This document shows, one piece after another, positions 20,938 to 33,134 of a stretch of 64,000 bases of DNA (the first letter of the stretch is position 1; each line of letters begins with the position of its first letter). Under the pieces are notes generated by a model. It saw nothing but the letters and a program-made list of their open reading frames with translations. It ran no database searches and had not been told where the DNA came from. The stretch comes from Rhodospirillaceae bacterium. GTDB taxonomy: Bacteria > Pseudomonadota > Alphaproteobacteria > UBA6615. Made by a program: the position numbers and the translations under genes. The stretch lies in NCBI GenBank assembly GCA_018667335.1, contig JABIVD010000029.1, forward strand, positions 91,381 to 155,380, given 5' to 3'.

Positions 20938-21818
20938 GCTGCCTCCCCGATCGGCCCGACGCCCTCGCGGCGCAGGAGTTCGGCCGCAAGCCGGGCATAG
21001 GCCTGGGCGCCGGAACATGCCAGGTCGTAGACCAGGGCCGGCTTGCCGTAGGACGGCGCCTCGGACAGACGCACGTTGCGCGGGATGACGGTCTTGTAGA
21101 CCCGGTCGTGGAAATGCGCCCGGACATCGGCCTCGACCGAGCGGCAGAGGTTGTTCCGGCTGTCATACATGGTCAGTACGATGCCCTGAATGTTCAGGTT
21201 CTCGTTGTAGGCCCGGCGAATGCGTTCGATCGATTTCATCAGCCGCGTCATGCCCTCGAGTGCGAAATACTCGCACTGCAGGGGTACGAGGACTGAATCA
21301 GCTGCGACGAGGGCATTGATGGTGAGCAGGCCGAGAGCGGGCGGACAGTCGATCAACACATAGTCATACCGGCCGAGGACCGGGGCGAGTGTTTCGCGCA
21401 GGCGCGCCTCGCGATGCGGGATATCGATCAACTCTATTTCAGCGCCGGCAAGATCCGCGGATGCCGGCGCGACTTCGAGACCCGGAATCTCCGTCCGGCA
21501 GATCACGTCGTCAAACCGGCCGCCACCGATCAGCACATCATACACATCTGTTTCATAATCTGAAACACCGAGGCCAGTGGACGCATTTCCCTGGGGGTCG
21601 AGATCGACCACGAGGACGCTTTGCCCGCATGCGGCCAATCCGGTCGCGAGGTTGATCGCGGTCGTGGTCTTGCCGACACCGCCCTTCTGGTTCGCAACGG
21701 CAATCGTGCGCGTTCCCCGCGCGCGGGCCGGGCCTTCGGGCTTGAACGGCCCGGTGGCTGGTCGATCGTTGGCAGGGCGGTCGATGTCGGGACGGTCGGT
21801 GATGGTGTGATCAGACAC
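20931..21818 (-). CDS. parA: chromosome-partitioning ATPase ParA
   Basis: Deviant Walker A IAVANQKGGVGKTTT. GTG start at 21818 overlapping the rsmG stop. Confidence 0.9.
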   Translation of the reverse strand: MSDHTITDRPDIDRPANDRPATGPFKPEGPARARGTRTIAVANQKGGVGKTTTAINLATGLAACGQSVLVVDLDPQGNASTGLGVSDYETDVYDVLIGGGRFDDVICRTEIPGLEVAPASADLAGAEIELIDIPHREARLRETLAPVLGRYDYVLIDCPPALGLLTINALVAADSVLVPLQCEYFALEGMTRLMKSIERIRRAYNENLNIQGIVLTMYDSRNNLCRSVEADVRAHFHDRVYKTVIPRNVRLSEAPSYGKPALVYDLACSGAQAYARLAAELLRREGVGPIGEAAE

Positions 21819-22488
21819 GTGTCAGATTCCCTATCTTGAGCACCGTGCCATCCGGATCGGACAGGCTTTGATGCTGCTCCACTTGCATATTCCAGAATTC
21901 AGCCGCGTCGGTCAATTCGCCATCGACCCGCGCGCCCTTGAGAAAAAGGCAAAATCCATTGGATTTCATCAGACCGGACGCATGGCCGAGGAGGTCCGGG
22001 AGCGGCGCAAGGGCCCGCGCCACGACGACATCGAAGGCTCCGCCCGCCATTTCGGAAGTGTCCAGGGCTTCGATCCGGCTCTCGGCTATCTCCGCGCGCG
22101 CATCCGTCAGGCGGCGGACTTCGCGGAGGAACGCACATTTCCGGGCATCCGATTCCGCCAGCACCACCGTGGCACCGGTTATGATGGACAGGACGAGACC
22201 GGGAAATCCCGCACCGCTGCCCATGTCCAGGATCCGCATGTCCGGCGACACCCAGCGGGCGAGCTGGACGGAATCCAGGAAATGCCGGCGCCAGAGATCA
22301 TCGAGGGATTTGTTGGAGACCAGATTGATGCGCGGCTGCCAGGTCCGCAGCGTCTCGGCGTAGACCTCGAGCCGGCCGAATGTTTGCTGGTCGAATGTTT
22401 GCCGGCCGAATGTTTCACGTGAAACATTCGCGAGGTCAGCCGCCAGATCGGCAAACCCGTCGCGCGACAAAGGGACCTCAATATTCAT
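21811..22488 (-). CDS. rsmG: 16S rRNA m7G527 methyltransferase RsmG (GidB)
   Basis: SAM motif ILDMGSGAGFPGLVLSI. Order gidA-gidB-parA-parB. Confidence 0.9.
   Translation of the reverse strand: MNIEVPLSRDGFADLAADLANVSRETFGRQTFDQQTFGRLEVYAETLRTWQPRINLVSNKSLDDLWRRHFLDSVQLARWVSPDMRILDMGSGAGFPGLVLSIITGATVVLAESDARKCAFLREVRRLTDARAEIAESRIEALDTSEMAGGAFDVVVARALAPLPDLLGHASGLMKSNGFCLFLKGARVDGELTDAAEFWNMQVEQHQSLSDPDGTVLKIGNLTRV
22371..22429. repeat. direct repeats of the parS half-site (gccggccgaatgttt x2, tcgaatgttt) immediately upstream of parS 1
   Basis: gccggccgaatgttt at 22371-22385 and 22401-22415; tcgaatgttt at 22391-22400. Encodes the repeated QTFG peptide in the RsmG N-terminus. Confidence 0.5.
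22411..22426. promoter_or_regulatory. parS: parS centromere site 1 (TGTTTCACGTGAAACA), inside the rsmG 5' coding region
   Basis: Perfect match to the canonical 16-bp parS palindrome. The palindrome extends to 22 bp (22408-22429). Confidence 0.85.
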
Positions 22489-22540
22489 GCGCCCCCTATA
22501 CCAAGGATAGGGTTTCGCACCAACCCCTATATATAGTGTA

Positions 22541-24433
22541 TCAGGCGGCCTTGCGGGCGCGCTTCACGTGCCGGAGCAGAACCACGAGCGCCGCCGGCGT
22601 CACGCCGGGGATGCGGCCGGCCTGCCCCAGGGTCTCGGGACGCAGCCGCCCGAGTTTCTCGGAGATCTCGTTCGAGAGCCCGGGCACAGAGCCGTATTCG
22701 AAGTCGGCCGGCAGTATGAGTGCCTCGTCACGCTGGTACGCCGCCACATCCGCGGCCTGGCGCTCGAGATAGCGTGCATACTTCGCTTCGATCTCCATGG
22801 TCGCGCGGACCGGCGCCGCGATCGCCGCGAGCTCGGGCCACACGCCGACGGCCGTGTCGAAGCCCGTATCGGGCATCGACAGCAGGTCGAACGCGGTTCT
22901 GCGGACCCCGTCCTGGTTGATCCGAACCCCGTGCCGGGCAAGGGCGTTCGGTGTTGCGTTGACAGATTCGAGAAGGTCGCGAGCCGCGGCCAGAGCCGTT
23001 GCCTTCGCCTCGAACGCGGCCGACCGATCCGGCCCGACGCAGCCGAGATCGACCCCGTGGCGGGTCAGGCGCTGGTCCGCATTGTCGGCCCGAAGCAGGA
23101 GTCGATACTCGGCGCGCGATGTAAACATCCGGTAGGGCTCGTCCGCGCCACGGGTCACCAGGTCGTCGATCATGACCCCGATGTAGGATTGCGCGCGATT
23201 CGGCTGGAGCCGTTTCGTGCCGCCGGAGGCTTTCTGGGCTGCGTTAATTCCGGCCACCAGACCCTGCCCCGCGGCCTCCTCATATCCGGTAGTGCCATTG
23301 ATCTGACCCGCCAGGAACAGCCCGGGAATCCGCCTCGTTTCCAAAGTAGTGCCTAATTCTCGCGGATCCACGAAATCATATTCGATGGCGTAACCGGGAC
23401 GTAGTACCGCCGCGTTCTCGAGCCCCGGAATGAGTTTCAACATCGCCAGCTGGACGTCTTCCGGCAGCGATGTGGAGATCCCGTTCGGGTAGACCGTGTC
23501 GTCGTCCAGGCCTTCGGGCTCGAGGAAAATTTGGTGGCGCTGCTTGTCGGCGAAACGAACGACCTTGTCCTCGATCGAGGGGCAGTATCTCGGGCCGCCA
23601 CTCTCGATCTGTCCTGAATAGATCGGCGCCCGGTCGAGATTGGCCCGGATCAGGTCATGGGCCTCGGGCGTGGTGTGGGTGATGTGGCAATCGATCTGCG
23701 GCGTGGTGATCGCCTCGGTCATGTAGGAGAACGGCACCGGCGGCGTATCGCCGGGCTGCCGGTCGAGACCACTCCAGTCGATTGTCCGTCCGTCGAGGCG
23801 CGGCGGAGTCCCGGTTTTCAGGCGCCCGAGCGCGAAACCGGCGGCCTCCAGGGTCTTGGACAGGCCCATCGACGGCGCCTCGCCGAACCGGCCGGCGGGA
23901 ACCTGGGTCTCGCCGATGTGGATGACGCCGCGCAGGAAGGTGCCGGTGGTCAGAACCACACACCCGGCCGCGATCATACGCCCGTCTGACAGGACCACGC
24001 CGGACACCCGACCCTCCCCGTCAAGGGTGAGATCGTCGACGCCGGCGCCGAGAATATCGAGATTGTCCTGCTCGGCCAGAAGATCCTGTATTGCCTGACG
24101 GTAGAGCTTCCGGTCCGCCTGGGCGCGCGGGCCCCAAACAGCCGGGCCCTTCGTGCGATTGAGCATCCGGAACTGGATCCCGCCCCGATCGATGGCGCGG
24201 CCCATGATCCCGTCGAGCGCATCGATCTCGCGCACCAGATGGCCCTTGCCGAGCCCGCCGATCGCGGGATTGCAGGACATCTCGCCGATGGTCTCGAGCT
24301 TGTGGGTCACCAGGAGCGTGGCTGCGCCGACCCGGGCGGAAGCCGCCGCGGCCTCGCAGCCGGCATGGCCGCCGCCGATGACGATCACATCATAGGTCTC
24401 GGGACCATCTTTTGCTGAATCCGGGGTGTTCAT
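22541..24433 (-). CDS. mnmG: tRNA uridine-5-carboxymethylaminomethyl modification enzyme MnmG (GidA)
   Basis: FAD motif [16 protein letters not shown]. About 630 aa. Start ATG at 24433 ([18 protein letters not shown]); the ORF track extends to 24511. Confidence 0.92.
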   Translation of the reverse strand: MNTPDSAKDGPETYDVIVIGGGHAGCEAAAASARVGAATLLVTHKLETIGEMSCNPAIGGLGKGHLVREIDALDGIMGRAIDRGGIQFRMLNRTKGPAVWGPRAQADRKLYRQAIQDLLAEQDNLDILGAGVDDLTLDGEGRVSGVVLSDGRMIAAGCVVLTTGTFLRGVIHIGETQVPAGRFGEAPSMGLSKTLEAAGFALGRLKTGTPPRLDGRTIDWSGLDRQPGDTPPVPFSYMTEAITTPQIDCHITHTTPEAHDLIRANLDRAPIYSGQIESGGPRYCPSIEDKVVRFADKQRHQIFLEPEGLDDDTVYPNGISTSLPEDVQLAMLKLIPGLENAAVLRPGYAIEYDFVDPRELGTTLETRRIPGLFLAGQINGTTGYEEAAGQGLVAGINAAQKASGGTKRLQPNRAQSYIGVMIDDLVTRGADEPYRMFTSRAEYRLLLRADNADQRLTRHGVDLGCVGPDRSAAFEAKATALAAARDLLESVNATPNALARHGVRINQDGVRRTAFDLLSMPDTGFDTAVGVWPELAAIAAPVRATMEIEAKYARYLERQAADVAAYQRDEALILPADFEYGSVPGLSNEISEKLGRLRPETLGQAGRIPGVTPAALVVLLRHVKRARKAA

Positions 24434-24511
24434 CGCGCGCGCTGTGTAGGCCCTGTTGTCGTACCTGTCAAAGTACCATGCGTATGACTGATCGAAGTCC
24501 CGGAAATCCAA

Positions 24512-24527
24512 TGTTTCACGTGAAACA
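24512..24527. promoter_or_regulatory. parS: parS centromere site 2 (TGTTTCACGTGAAACA) between mnmE and mnmG
   Basis: Second perfect 16-bp parS palindrome (ccaATGTTTCACGTGAAACATTc). Confidence 0.85.
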
Positions 24528-24545
24528 TTCGTCTAGGCAAGACGC

Positions 24546-25889
24546 TTACTTCCCAATACAGAAGTCACGAAAGACGGTGTCGAGTATGTCGTCGATATCG
24601 ACCCGGCCGGTGATCCTGCCAAGCGCCCGGAGCGCGACACGCACGTCCTCGGCGGCGAGTTCCGGGTATGCCGCGTCGGGTACATGCGCCAGCGCCGTGC
24701 TCGCCTCGCCCAACGCATCGCGATGACGCCGGCGGGTCGGCAACGGCGCTTCAGACGCCCCCAGGCGGTCGTGCACCTCGCCGGTCAGTCTGTCGAGCAA
24801 ACCATCGAGCCCGTCGCCGGTCTCCGCAGATACGAGTATCGGCACGATCCCTTCCGGAAGACCCGGCGCGGCGTATTTCCCCCTCAGCAGATCGGCTTTG
24901 TTCACCACCACCAGGCAATCACCGGCGATCAGCGCACGGACCTTCTCCGGCAAGGTACCGTCGGTCGCGTCGAGCACCACGAGCCTCAGGGCCGCATCCT
25001 CAGCCCGTTGCTCGGCACGCCGCACACCCTCGGCCTCAATCGCATCAGAAGCCTCGCGTATCCCCGCCGTATCGGAGAGCGTCACGGCGAAGCCACCGAG
25101 ATTGAGCTGGACCTCGATGACGTCGCGGGTGGTCCCCGCGGTTTCCGACACGATCGCCGCCTCACGTTGCGCCAAGTGATTGATAATACTGGACTTTCCG
25201 ACGTTCGGCGCGCCCAGGATCACGATCGGAAAACCGCTACGTATGTGCTCGCCGCGATCCGCACCTACTATATGTTGTGTGATCTCAGCATTCAGCACTG
25301 CGATGCGTTCCTCGGTCGCGGCCCTCATCCCATCCGGCAACTCCTCGTCGGAGAAGTCGATTTCCGCCTCGGCATGGCCCATCAAGTCGATCAGGCGGGC
25401 CCGCCACCCCTCATAGAGATCGGCCAGCACCCCATCATACTGGCGCAGCGCCAGTCGCCTCTGGGCGTCCGTCTGGGCCGCCACGAGGTCTGCCAGCCCC
25501 TCGGCGGCCGTCAGGTCGAGCTTGCCGTTCTCGAAGGCGCGGCGGGTGAAATCGCCCGGTTCGGCATGCCGCGCCAGGCCGGTCCCGGAAATCGCATCGA
25601 ACACCGCGGCGAGGACCGCGCGACCGCCATGCACATGGAGTTCGGCCACGTCCTCGCCGGTGAAACTGTTCGGGGCCGGAAATCTCAGGACCAACGCCTG
25701 ATCGAGGACTGCGCCGCCCGGCCCGGAAGTCAATTTGTGCAGCGCAACATAACGCGCCTCGGGAAGCACCGGGACGCCAAGTGCGGTCAGGACCGCATCG
25801 GCATTCGGGCCCGAAACACGCACGACCGAGACGCCGGCGAGGCCGGCGCCGCTCGACAGCGCGTAGATGGTGTCTGCAGGCGATACCAC
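24546..25889 (-). CDS. mnmE: tRNA modification GTPase MnmE (TrmE)
   Basis: G1 motif GAPNVGKSS. TTRD. C-terminal CIGK. N-terminus IYALSSGAG. Confidence 0.92.
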   Translation of the reverse strand: MVSPADTIYALSSGAGLAGVSVVRVSGPNADAVLTALGVPVLPEARYVALHKLTSGPGGAVLDQALVLRFPAPNSFTGEDVAELHVHGGRAVLAAVFDAISGTGLARHAEPGDFTRRAFENGKLDLTAAEGLADLVAAQTDAQRRLALRQYDGVLADLYEGWRARLIDLMGHAEAEIDFSDEELPDGMRAATEERIAVLNAEITQHIVGADRGEHIRSGFPIVILGAPNVGKSSIINHLAQREAAIVSETAGTTRDVIEVQLNLGGFAVTLSDTAGIREASDAIEAEGVRRAEQRAEDAALRLVVLDATDGTLPEKVRALIAGDCLVVVNKADLLRGKYAAPGLPEGIVPILVSAETGDGLDGLLDRLTGEVHDRLGASEAPLPTRRRHRDALGEASTALAHVPDAAYPELAAEDVRVALRALGRITGRVDIDDILDTVFRDFCIGK

Positions 25890-25896
25890 GACCGGA

Positions 25897-26160
25897 TTAC
25901 TTCTTGGTGCTGGTCGCGCCCGGATTGGTCATCGACGACCAGAAGGATTTCTGGAACTGCTCCCAGCCCTCACTGCCAGCAGGGCCGCCACCGGGCGCCC
26001 ATGCCGTGAACAGGCTCTGCGGGTCCATCGACGACATCGCCTCCATGGCCTGCTTCTGCCACGCCTCGACCACGGCCTGCTGCGCCGCCGAGATGTCGGG
26101 CAGACCCATGAAGCTGCGGGCCTCCTCGGGGGTGCAATCGATATCTATCGTGACTTTCAT
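25897..26160 (-). CDS. small acidic hypothetical protein (87 aa) immediately upstream of mnmE
   Basis: ORF 7 nt upstream of mnmE on the same strand. No family recognised. Confidence 0.35.
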   Translation of the reverse strand: MKVTIDIDCTPEEARSFMGLPDISAAQQAVVEAWQKQAMEAMSSMDPQSLFTAWAPGGGPAGSEGWEQFQKSFWSSMTNPGATSTKK

Positions 26161-26284
26161 AATCCGGTCCCTCCGCTTGCCTGCAACCCGCCTTGCCTAT
26201 GCGCGAGGCGGGCGCACATTGTAGGTTGCGTTACCTTCCGTCCTCGCCCAAATCCCCGCGTCACAGAGCCAGAGACCGCCACCC

Positions 26285-28302
<2,018 letters not shown>

Positions 28303-28306
<4 letters not shown>

Positions 28307-28794
28307 CCAAGGCGTGCATCCTGGAGTCTCCCGTCGGCCGCATCCGGGTCACGGAATCCAAAGGCGCGGTCACCGAGCTGAGCTGGACGGATGCCCGCGC
28401 CACACCACCATCGACGCAAGTCCTCCGGGACGCCGCCGATCAGCTGGCGGAATACTTCGCCGGGCGGCTGACCGCATTCGTATTGCCCCTCGCACCCGAG
28501 GGCACCGAACATCAGAAGAAGGTCTGGACGGCGATGACCGAGATCCCGTCGGGCGCCCTGCGCACCTATGGCGATCTCGCCCGCGAGATCGGCTCATCGG
28601 CCCGCGCTGTGGGTACCGCCTGCGGCAAGAACCCGATCCCGATCATCGTGCCGTGCCACCGCATCGTGGCGACAGGCGGCGGCATCGGCGGCTATTCCGG
28701 GCGCGGCGGGGTCGAGACCAAGCGCCAACTGCTCAATCTGGAAGGCGTTAATCTCGGCGGCCCCAATCTTGAAGGCGATTTGTTCAGCCGATAG
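28303..28794 (+). CDS. ogt: methylated-DNA--protein-cysteine methyltransferase
   Basis: Active-site IIVPCHRIV. HTH YGDLAREIG. Overlaps the yyaL stop. Confidence 0.85.
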
Positions 28795-28841
28795 GCTCGG
28801 CCCAACACATACATAACGAAGCATTTCTCGGGGGAAGACAC

Positions 28842-29816
28842 ATGGTCCACGCAATCCGTTTTCATGAGGCCGGCGGGCCGGAAGTGATGAAGTGGGAAGA
28901 GGTCGAGGTCGGCGATCCCGGCCCCGGCGAGATCCGGGTCAGGCACACCGCGGCCGGCCTCAACTTCATCGACATCTACCTGCGCTCGGGCGCACGCCCG
29001 GTGCCGATGCCGAACGGGCTGGGCCTCGAGGGTGCCGGAGAGATCATCGCCGTCGGCGACGGGGTGAGCGACCTGGCCGTCGGCGACCGGGTCGGCTATG
29101 CCGACCTGCCGCTGGGGGCCTATTCCGAGGAGCGGGTGATGCCGGCGAAGATCGCCGTCAAACTCCCCGACAACATCTCCGACGAGCAGGCCGCCGGGAT
29201 GATGCTCAAGGGCATGACCGTGCAGTTCCTGATCAAGTCCTGCTTCCCGGTCGCACCGGGCTCGACCGTGCTGTGGCATGCCGCGGCCGGCGGCGTCGGC
29301 CTGATCGCCTGCCAGTGGCTCAACCATCTGGGGGTGACCGTCATCGGCACCGTCGGTTCGGAAGAGAAGGCCGAGCTGGCACGCGCCCATGGCTGCCACC
29401 ACACGATCAATTACAACGAAGAGGACTTCGTCGAGCGGGTGACCGAGATTACCGACGGCGCGGGCGTGTCGGTGGTCTATGACAGCGTCGGCAAGGACAC
29501 GCTCAGGGGTTCGATGAAATGCCTGCAGCGGCGCGGCTACCTGATCACCTTCGGCAACGCATCGGGTGCGCCCGAGCCGGTGGCGCCGGGCGAGCTGTCG
29601 GAGCATGGCTCGATCTACCTGGCCCGGCCGATGCTGTTCGACTTCACCGCCGACCGCGACGAGCTGCTGGCCTGCGCCGGCGACCTGTTCGACGTCGTGT
29701 CATCGGGTGCCGTGAAGATCGAGATCAACCAGCGCTACCCCCTGTCGGAGACGGTCCAGGCGCATATCGACCTGGTCGGCCGCAAGACGACAGGCTCGAC
29801 GATCTTGATGGCGTAG
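28842..29816 (+). CDS. qor: NADPH:quinone oxidoreductase (zinc-free MDR family)
   Basis: GPEVMKWEEVEVGDPGPGEIRVRHTAAGLNFIDIY. Nucleotide-binding AAGGVGLIACQWL. Confidence 0.85.
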   Translation: MVHAIRFHEAGGPEVMKWEEVEVGDPGPGEIRVRHTAAGLNFIDIYLRSGARPVPMPNGLGLEGAGEIIAVGDGVSDLAVGDRVGYADLPLGAYSEERVMPAKIAVKLPDNISDEQAAGMMLKGMTVQFLIKSCFPVAPGSTVLWHAAAGGVGLIACQWLNHLGVTVIGTVGSEEKAELARAHGCHHTINYNEEDFVERVTEITDGAGVSVVYDSVGKDTLRGSMKCLQRRGYLITFGNASGAPEPVAPGELSEHGSIYLARPMLFDFTADRDELLACAGDLFDVVSSGAVKIEINQRYPLSETVQAHIDLVGRKTTGSTILMA

Positions 29817-29826
29817 GGCCGCCGAT

Positions 29827-29853
29827 CGTCATACGCGGACTTGATCCGCGTCT
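29827..29853. repeat. hairpin repeat type B (GTCATACGCGGACTTGATCCGCGTCTC)
   Basis: Stem GCGCGGA/TCCGCGC. Family also at 45919, 46333, 47454. Confidence 0.7.
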
Positions 29854-29868
29854 CTCACAAAGACCGAG

Positions 29869-29899
29869 ACAAGATGCCCGGATCAAGTCCGGGCATGAC
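29869..29899. repeat. hairpin repeat type A (AGATGCCCGGATCAAGTCCGGGCATGACG)
   Basis: Stem GCCCGGA/TCCGGGC. Family also at 45856, 46270, 46376, 47392. Confidence 0.7.
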
Positions 29900-29920
29900 G
29901 ATTGTTGAAAGTGTGGAGTC

Positions 29921-30021
29921 TTACCCCTCATCCTGATGAGGGCCGCAAGGCTCATCTCGAAGGATAGGGTGATCGCTTCATGCTTCGAGACGGTGCTGCG
30001 CGCCTCCTCAGCATGAGGGGT
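29921..30021. repeat. about 100-bp element bounded by imperfect terminal inverted repeats (TACCCCTCATCCTGA ... TCAGCATGAGGGGTA), internal hairpins; MITE-like or structured RNA
   Basis: The left end is itself a hairpin (cctcatc-ct-gatgagg). Internal IR catctcgaag/cttcgagacg. Sits between convergent qor and rho. Confidence 0.4.
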
Positions 30022-30030
30022 AGCGGGAAT

Positions 30031-30060
30031 GCAAAAGGGCGGGTTTGAAACCCGCCCCTA
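30031..30060 (-). terminator. rho 3' terminator hairpin (GGGCGGGTTTCAAACCCGCCC + TTTTG on the minus-strand transcript)
   Basis: 7-bp GC stem followed by a T-run on the rho strand. An identical 27-bp copy is at 46472-46499. Confidence 0.6.
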
Positions 30061-30084
30061 CGCTATTCGATCTGGCTTCGATGC

Positions 30085-31341
30085 TTACTGGTTCATGGTG
30101 TCGTAGAAGTCGTCGTTGTTCTTGGTCGACTTCATCTTGCCGAGCAGGAACTCCATACCGTCCACGACCCCCATGGGGCTGAGGATGCGGCGCAGGACCC
30201 ACATCTTCGACAAGGCGTCCTTGTCGACCAGCAGCTCTTCTTTGCGCGTGCCCGACTTGGTGATGTCGATCGACGGCCAGACCCGCTTGTCCGACAGCTT
30301 CCGGTCGAGGACGATTTCCGAGTTACCGGTGCCCTTGAACTCTTCGAAGATGACCTCGTCCATACGCGAGCCGGTCTCGATCAGCGCGGTCGAGATGATC
30401 GTCAGCGAGCCGCCTTCTTCAATGTTACGGGCCGCGCCGAAGAAACGCTTCGGACGCTGCAGGGCGTTGGCGTCCACGCCGCCGGTCAGCACCTTGCCCG
30501 AGGACGGGACGACGGTGTTGTAGGCGCGGGCGAGGCGGGTGATCGAATCCAGCAGGATGACCACGTCGTGCTTATGCTCGACCAGGCGCTTGGCCTTGGA
30601 GATCACCATCTCGGCGACCTGCACATGGCGTGTGGCCGGCTCATCGAACGTCGAGGAGATCACCTCACCGCGCACCGTGCGCTGCATGTCGGTCACTTCC
30701 TCGGGCCGCTCGTCGATCAGCAAGACGATCAGATAGACCTCGGGATGATTGGCCATGATCGCCTTGGCGATGTTCTGCATCATCACGGTCTTGCCCGTGC
30801 GCGGCGGTGCGACCAGCAGCGCGCGCTGGCCCATGCCGAGCGGTGCCACCATGTCGATGACGCGGGTCGAGGGATCCTTCATCTCGGGATCATCGATCTC
30901 CAGCTTGATCTTCCGGTCGGGATAGAGCGGGGTCAGGTTGTCGAAGTTGACGCGGTGACGGGTGTGATCCACATCGTCGAAATTGACCTGGGCGACCTTG
31001 ACCAGCGCGAAGTAACGCTCGCCATCCTTGGGAGAGCGGATTTCGCCCTCGACCGTGTCGCCCGTGCGCAACGCGAAGCGGCGCACCTGGCTGGGTGAGA
31101 CATAGATATCGTCGGGACCCGGCAGAAAGTTCGATTCCGGCGAGCGCAGGAAGCCGAAGCCGTCCTGTAGCACTTCCAGAACACCGATGCCCGAGATCGG
31201 CACCTCGTCCTCTGCCAGTTCCTTGAGGATCGCGAACATCATGTCCTGGGTGCGAAGGTTGCTCGCCCCCTCGATCTCGAGTTCCTCGGCAAAGCTGAGG
31301 AGATCAGCCGCGGATTTGTCTTTCAGGTCTTGGAGTTTCAT
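30085..31341 (-). CDS. rho: transcription termination factor Rho
   Basis: N-terminus [41 protein letters not shown]. Walker A and RNA-binding domain. ORF track start 31386; ATG 31341 has a GGAAG SD; alternative ATG at 31350. Confidence 0.93.
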   Translation of the reverse strand: MKLQDLKDKSAADLLSFAEELEIEGASNLRTQDMMFAILKELAEDEVPISGIGVLEVLQDGFGFLRSPESNFLPGPDDIYVSPSQVRRFALRTGDTVEGEIRSPKDGERYFALVKVAQVNFDDVDHTRHRVNFDNLTPLYPDRKIKLEIDDPEMKDPSTRVIDMVAPLGMGQRALLVAPPRTGKTVMMQNIAKAIMANHPEVYLIVLLIDERPEEVTDMQRTVRGEVISSTFDEPATRHVQVAEMVISKAKRLVEHKHDVVILLDSITRLARAYNTVVPSSGKVLTGGVDANALQRPKRFFGAARNIEEGGSLTIISTALIETGSRMDEVIFEEFKGTGNSEIVLDRKLSDKRVWPSIDITKSGTRKEELLVDKDALSKMWVLRRILSPMGVVDGMEFLLGKMKSTKNNDDFYDTMNQ

Positions 31342-31603
31342 TGCTTCCATGGGGAGGCCAATTCTGTTTGGAAACCTACGCGCCACAACGGCTGGGAACC
31401 GCGTTTTCGGGGGCGTTGGTGATTGTCAGCGGAAGTTCGTGGTCGCCGACGGGAAACGCCGGAAGAAAACGACTTATGCGGAAGGGAGTGCGTGCGATGA
31501 GGACTGTCTTGTGCGCGCGCCGTTATTACGCACTTAGTGAGCGTGCCGCGTCAAGTCAATCCTCGCGACGGAAATGCTGCGGCAAAAACCCGGGGCCAAA
31601 AAC

Positions 31604-32053
31604 CTAGAACGGACGGGCGATAATCATCACCACGATCACGATCATCAGAACCGTCGGCACCTCGTTGGCGAGCCGGTAGGTCTTCGCGGGCCGGGTGTTT
31701 GCGTCGGCGGCGAAATCCTTCATCCATTTCGCGAACACATGATGGGCGACTGTCATCGCCGTCACCGCGGCCAGCTTGATCCAGATCCAGCCCGAACCCC
31801 AGTCCACGATCCCGGGCGTGCCCAGCATCAGGCCACCAAAAATGAACGCCGCGATCATCGCCGGGTTCATGATCGCGCGCAGCAGGCGCCGCTCCATGAT
31901 CTTGAAGGTCTCGGACTTGTCCGACCCCACCTCCGCGTCGGCGTGATAGACGAACAGGCGCGGCAGATAGAGCATCCCGGCCATCCAGGAGATCACCGCG
32001 ATCACATGGAGCGACTTGAACCAGGGATAGGCCGCAATCAGGAAATCACCCAT
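31604..32053 (-). CDS. hemJ: protoporphyrinogen IX oxidase HemJ (UPF0093)
   Basis: WFKSLHVIAVISWMAGMLYLPRLFVYHA is the conserved HemJ N-terminal motif. 4 TM. Adjacent to hemH-hemE. Confidence 0.8.
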   Translation of the reverse strand: MGDFLIAAYPWFKSLHVIAVISWMAGMLYLPRLFVYHADAEVGSDKSETFKIMERRLLRAIMNPAMIAAFIFGGLMLGTPGIVDWGSGWIWIKLAAVTAMTVAHHVFAKWMKDFAADANTRPAKTYRLANEVPTVLMIVIVVMIIARPF

Positions 32054-32059
32054 GGTTCA

Positions 32060-33124
32060 TCATCCGGTTTGTACCGCAGCTGGCATAGGGCATTTCGACC
32101 ATTCACCAGAACAGACGCGACCGCCGTTGCCGCTGCAGATATCGCAGCCCGCCGCGATGTTGCCGCGCACCAGATCGGCGAGCCCGGCGATGAACTTCGG
32201 GGCGGTGCCCACGGTCTGCACGCGAATATATTCAGGCACGCCCGCCCCCTCGGCCAGCGCACGATACTCGATATCGAGCTCGACCAGCGTCTCGGAATGC
32301 TCCGACACAAATGCGATGGGCACGATAATCACAGATTTCCCGTCCGCCCCGGCACGGGCGATTTCATCATCGGTCGACGGCCCGATCCATTCCAGCGGAC
32401 CGACCCGGCTCTGATAACAGCACAACCAGTCGAGCTCCTGTCCCAGGCTTTCCATCGCTGGATTGTTCATCACCGCGGCTGCCGTCTGTTCGACTTGGGA
32501 CTGGTACGGGTCGCCGCCCTCGACGATCTGCTTGGGGAGTCCATGGGCAGAGAACAAAATTCTTACATCTTTGGTTACACGTGTGCCCGCTTCCAGCGCG
32601 TCGGCCAGCAGATCCGTCACCGCACCGATGAAGCCCGAATCGGTCGGGTAACAGCACAGCGCCGTGACGGGAATGTCGAGCTTGCGTTTGCGTGCCACGC
32701 GCTCCCAGATCCGCATCATCGACCCGACCGTGGTGGTCGAGAATTGCGGATAAAGCGGCAGCAAGACGATGCGCTCAGGCGCACTCGCGATCACCTCGTC
32801 CATGACCGCATCGCACATGGGATGCCAGTAGCGCATGGCGACGAAGCATTTGAAATCTTCCCCGCCGCCCGTGTTCAGTACGGCCTCAAGCGCATCCGCC
32901 TGGGCGCGCGTGTTGGCGAGCAGGGGCGAACCGCCGCCGATATGGGCGTAGATCTCCTGCGCAATGGGCGCCCGGCGGCGCGAGATCAATTGTGCCAGAG
33001 CCCAGCGGATCGGTGCCGGCGCGCCGATGATCATCGGGTCGTTGAACAGGTTGAACAGGAACGGCCGGACATCATCGGGCCCGTCAGGACCGCCAAGATT
33101 GTAGAGGACGACGGCGGTTGTCAT
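32060..33124 (-). CDS. hemH: ferrochelatase with Cys-rich C-terminal extension (putative [2Fe-2S])
   Basis: MTTAVVLYNLGGPDGPDDVRPFLFNLFNDP N-terminal signature. C-terminal CDICSGNGGRVCSGEWSKC. ATG at 33122-33124. Confidence 0.9.
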   Translation of the reverse strand: MTTAVVLYNLGGPDGPDDVRPFLFNLFNDPMIIGAPAPIRWALAQLISRRRAPIAQEIYAHIGGGSPLLANTRAQADALEAVLNTGGGEDFKCFVAMRYWHPMCDAVMDEVIASAPERIVLLPLYPQFSTTTVGSMMRIWERVARKRKLDIPVTALCCYPTDSGFIGAVTDLLADALEAGTRVTKDVRILFSAHGLPKQIVEGGDPYQSQVEQTAAAVMNNPAMESLGQELDWLCCYQSRVGPLEWIGPSTDDEIARAGADGKSVIIVPIAFVSEHSETLVELDIEYRALAEGAGVPEYIRVQTVGTAPKFIAGLADLVRGNIAAGCDICSGNGGRVCSGEWSKCPMPAAVQTG

Positions 33125-33134
33125 GGCTTGTCGG

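Noticed and set aside
22380-22772. ORF translating MFAGRMFAGRMFHVKHS... and other MFHVKH-containing frames at 22179 and 24412
   Set aside because: These peptides are simply translations of the parS palindrome (GTTTCACGTGAAAC = FHVKH) and its half-site repeats. They overlap rsmG/mnmG.
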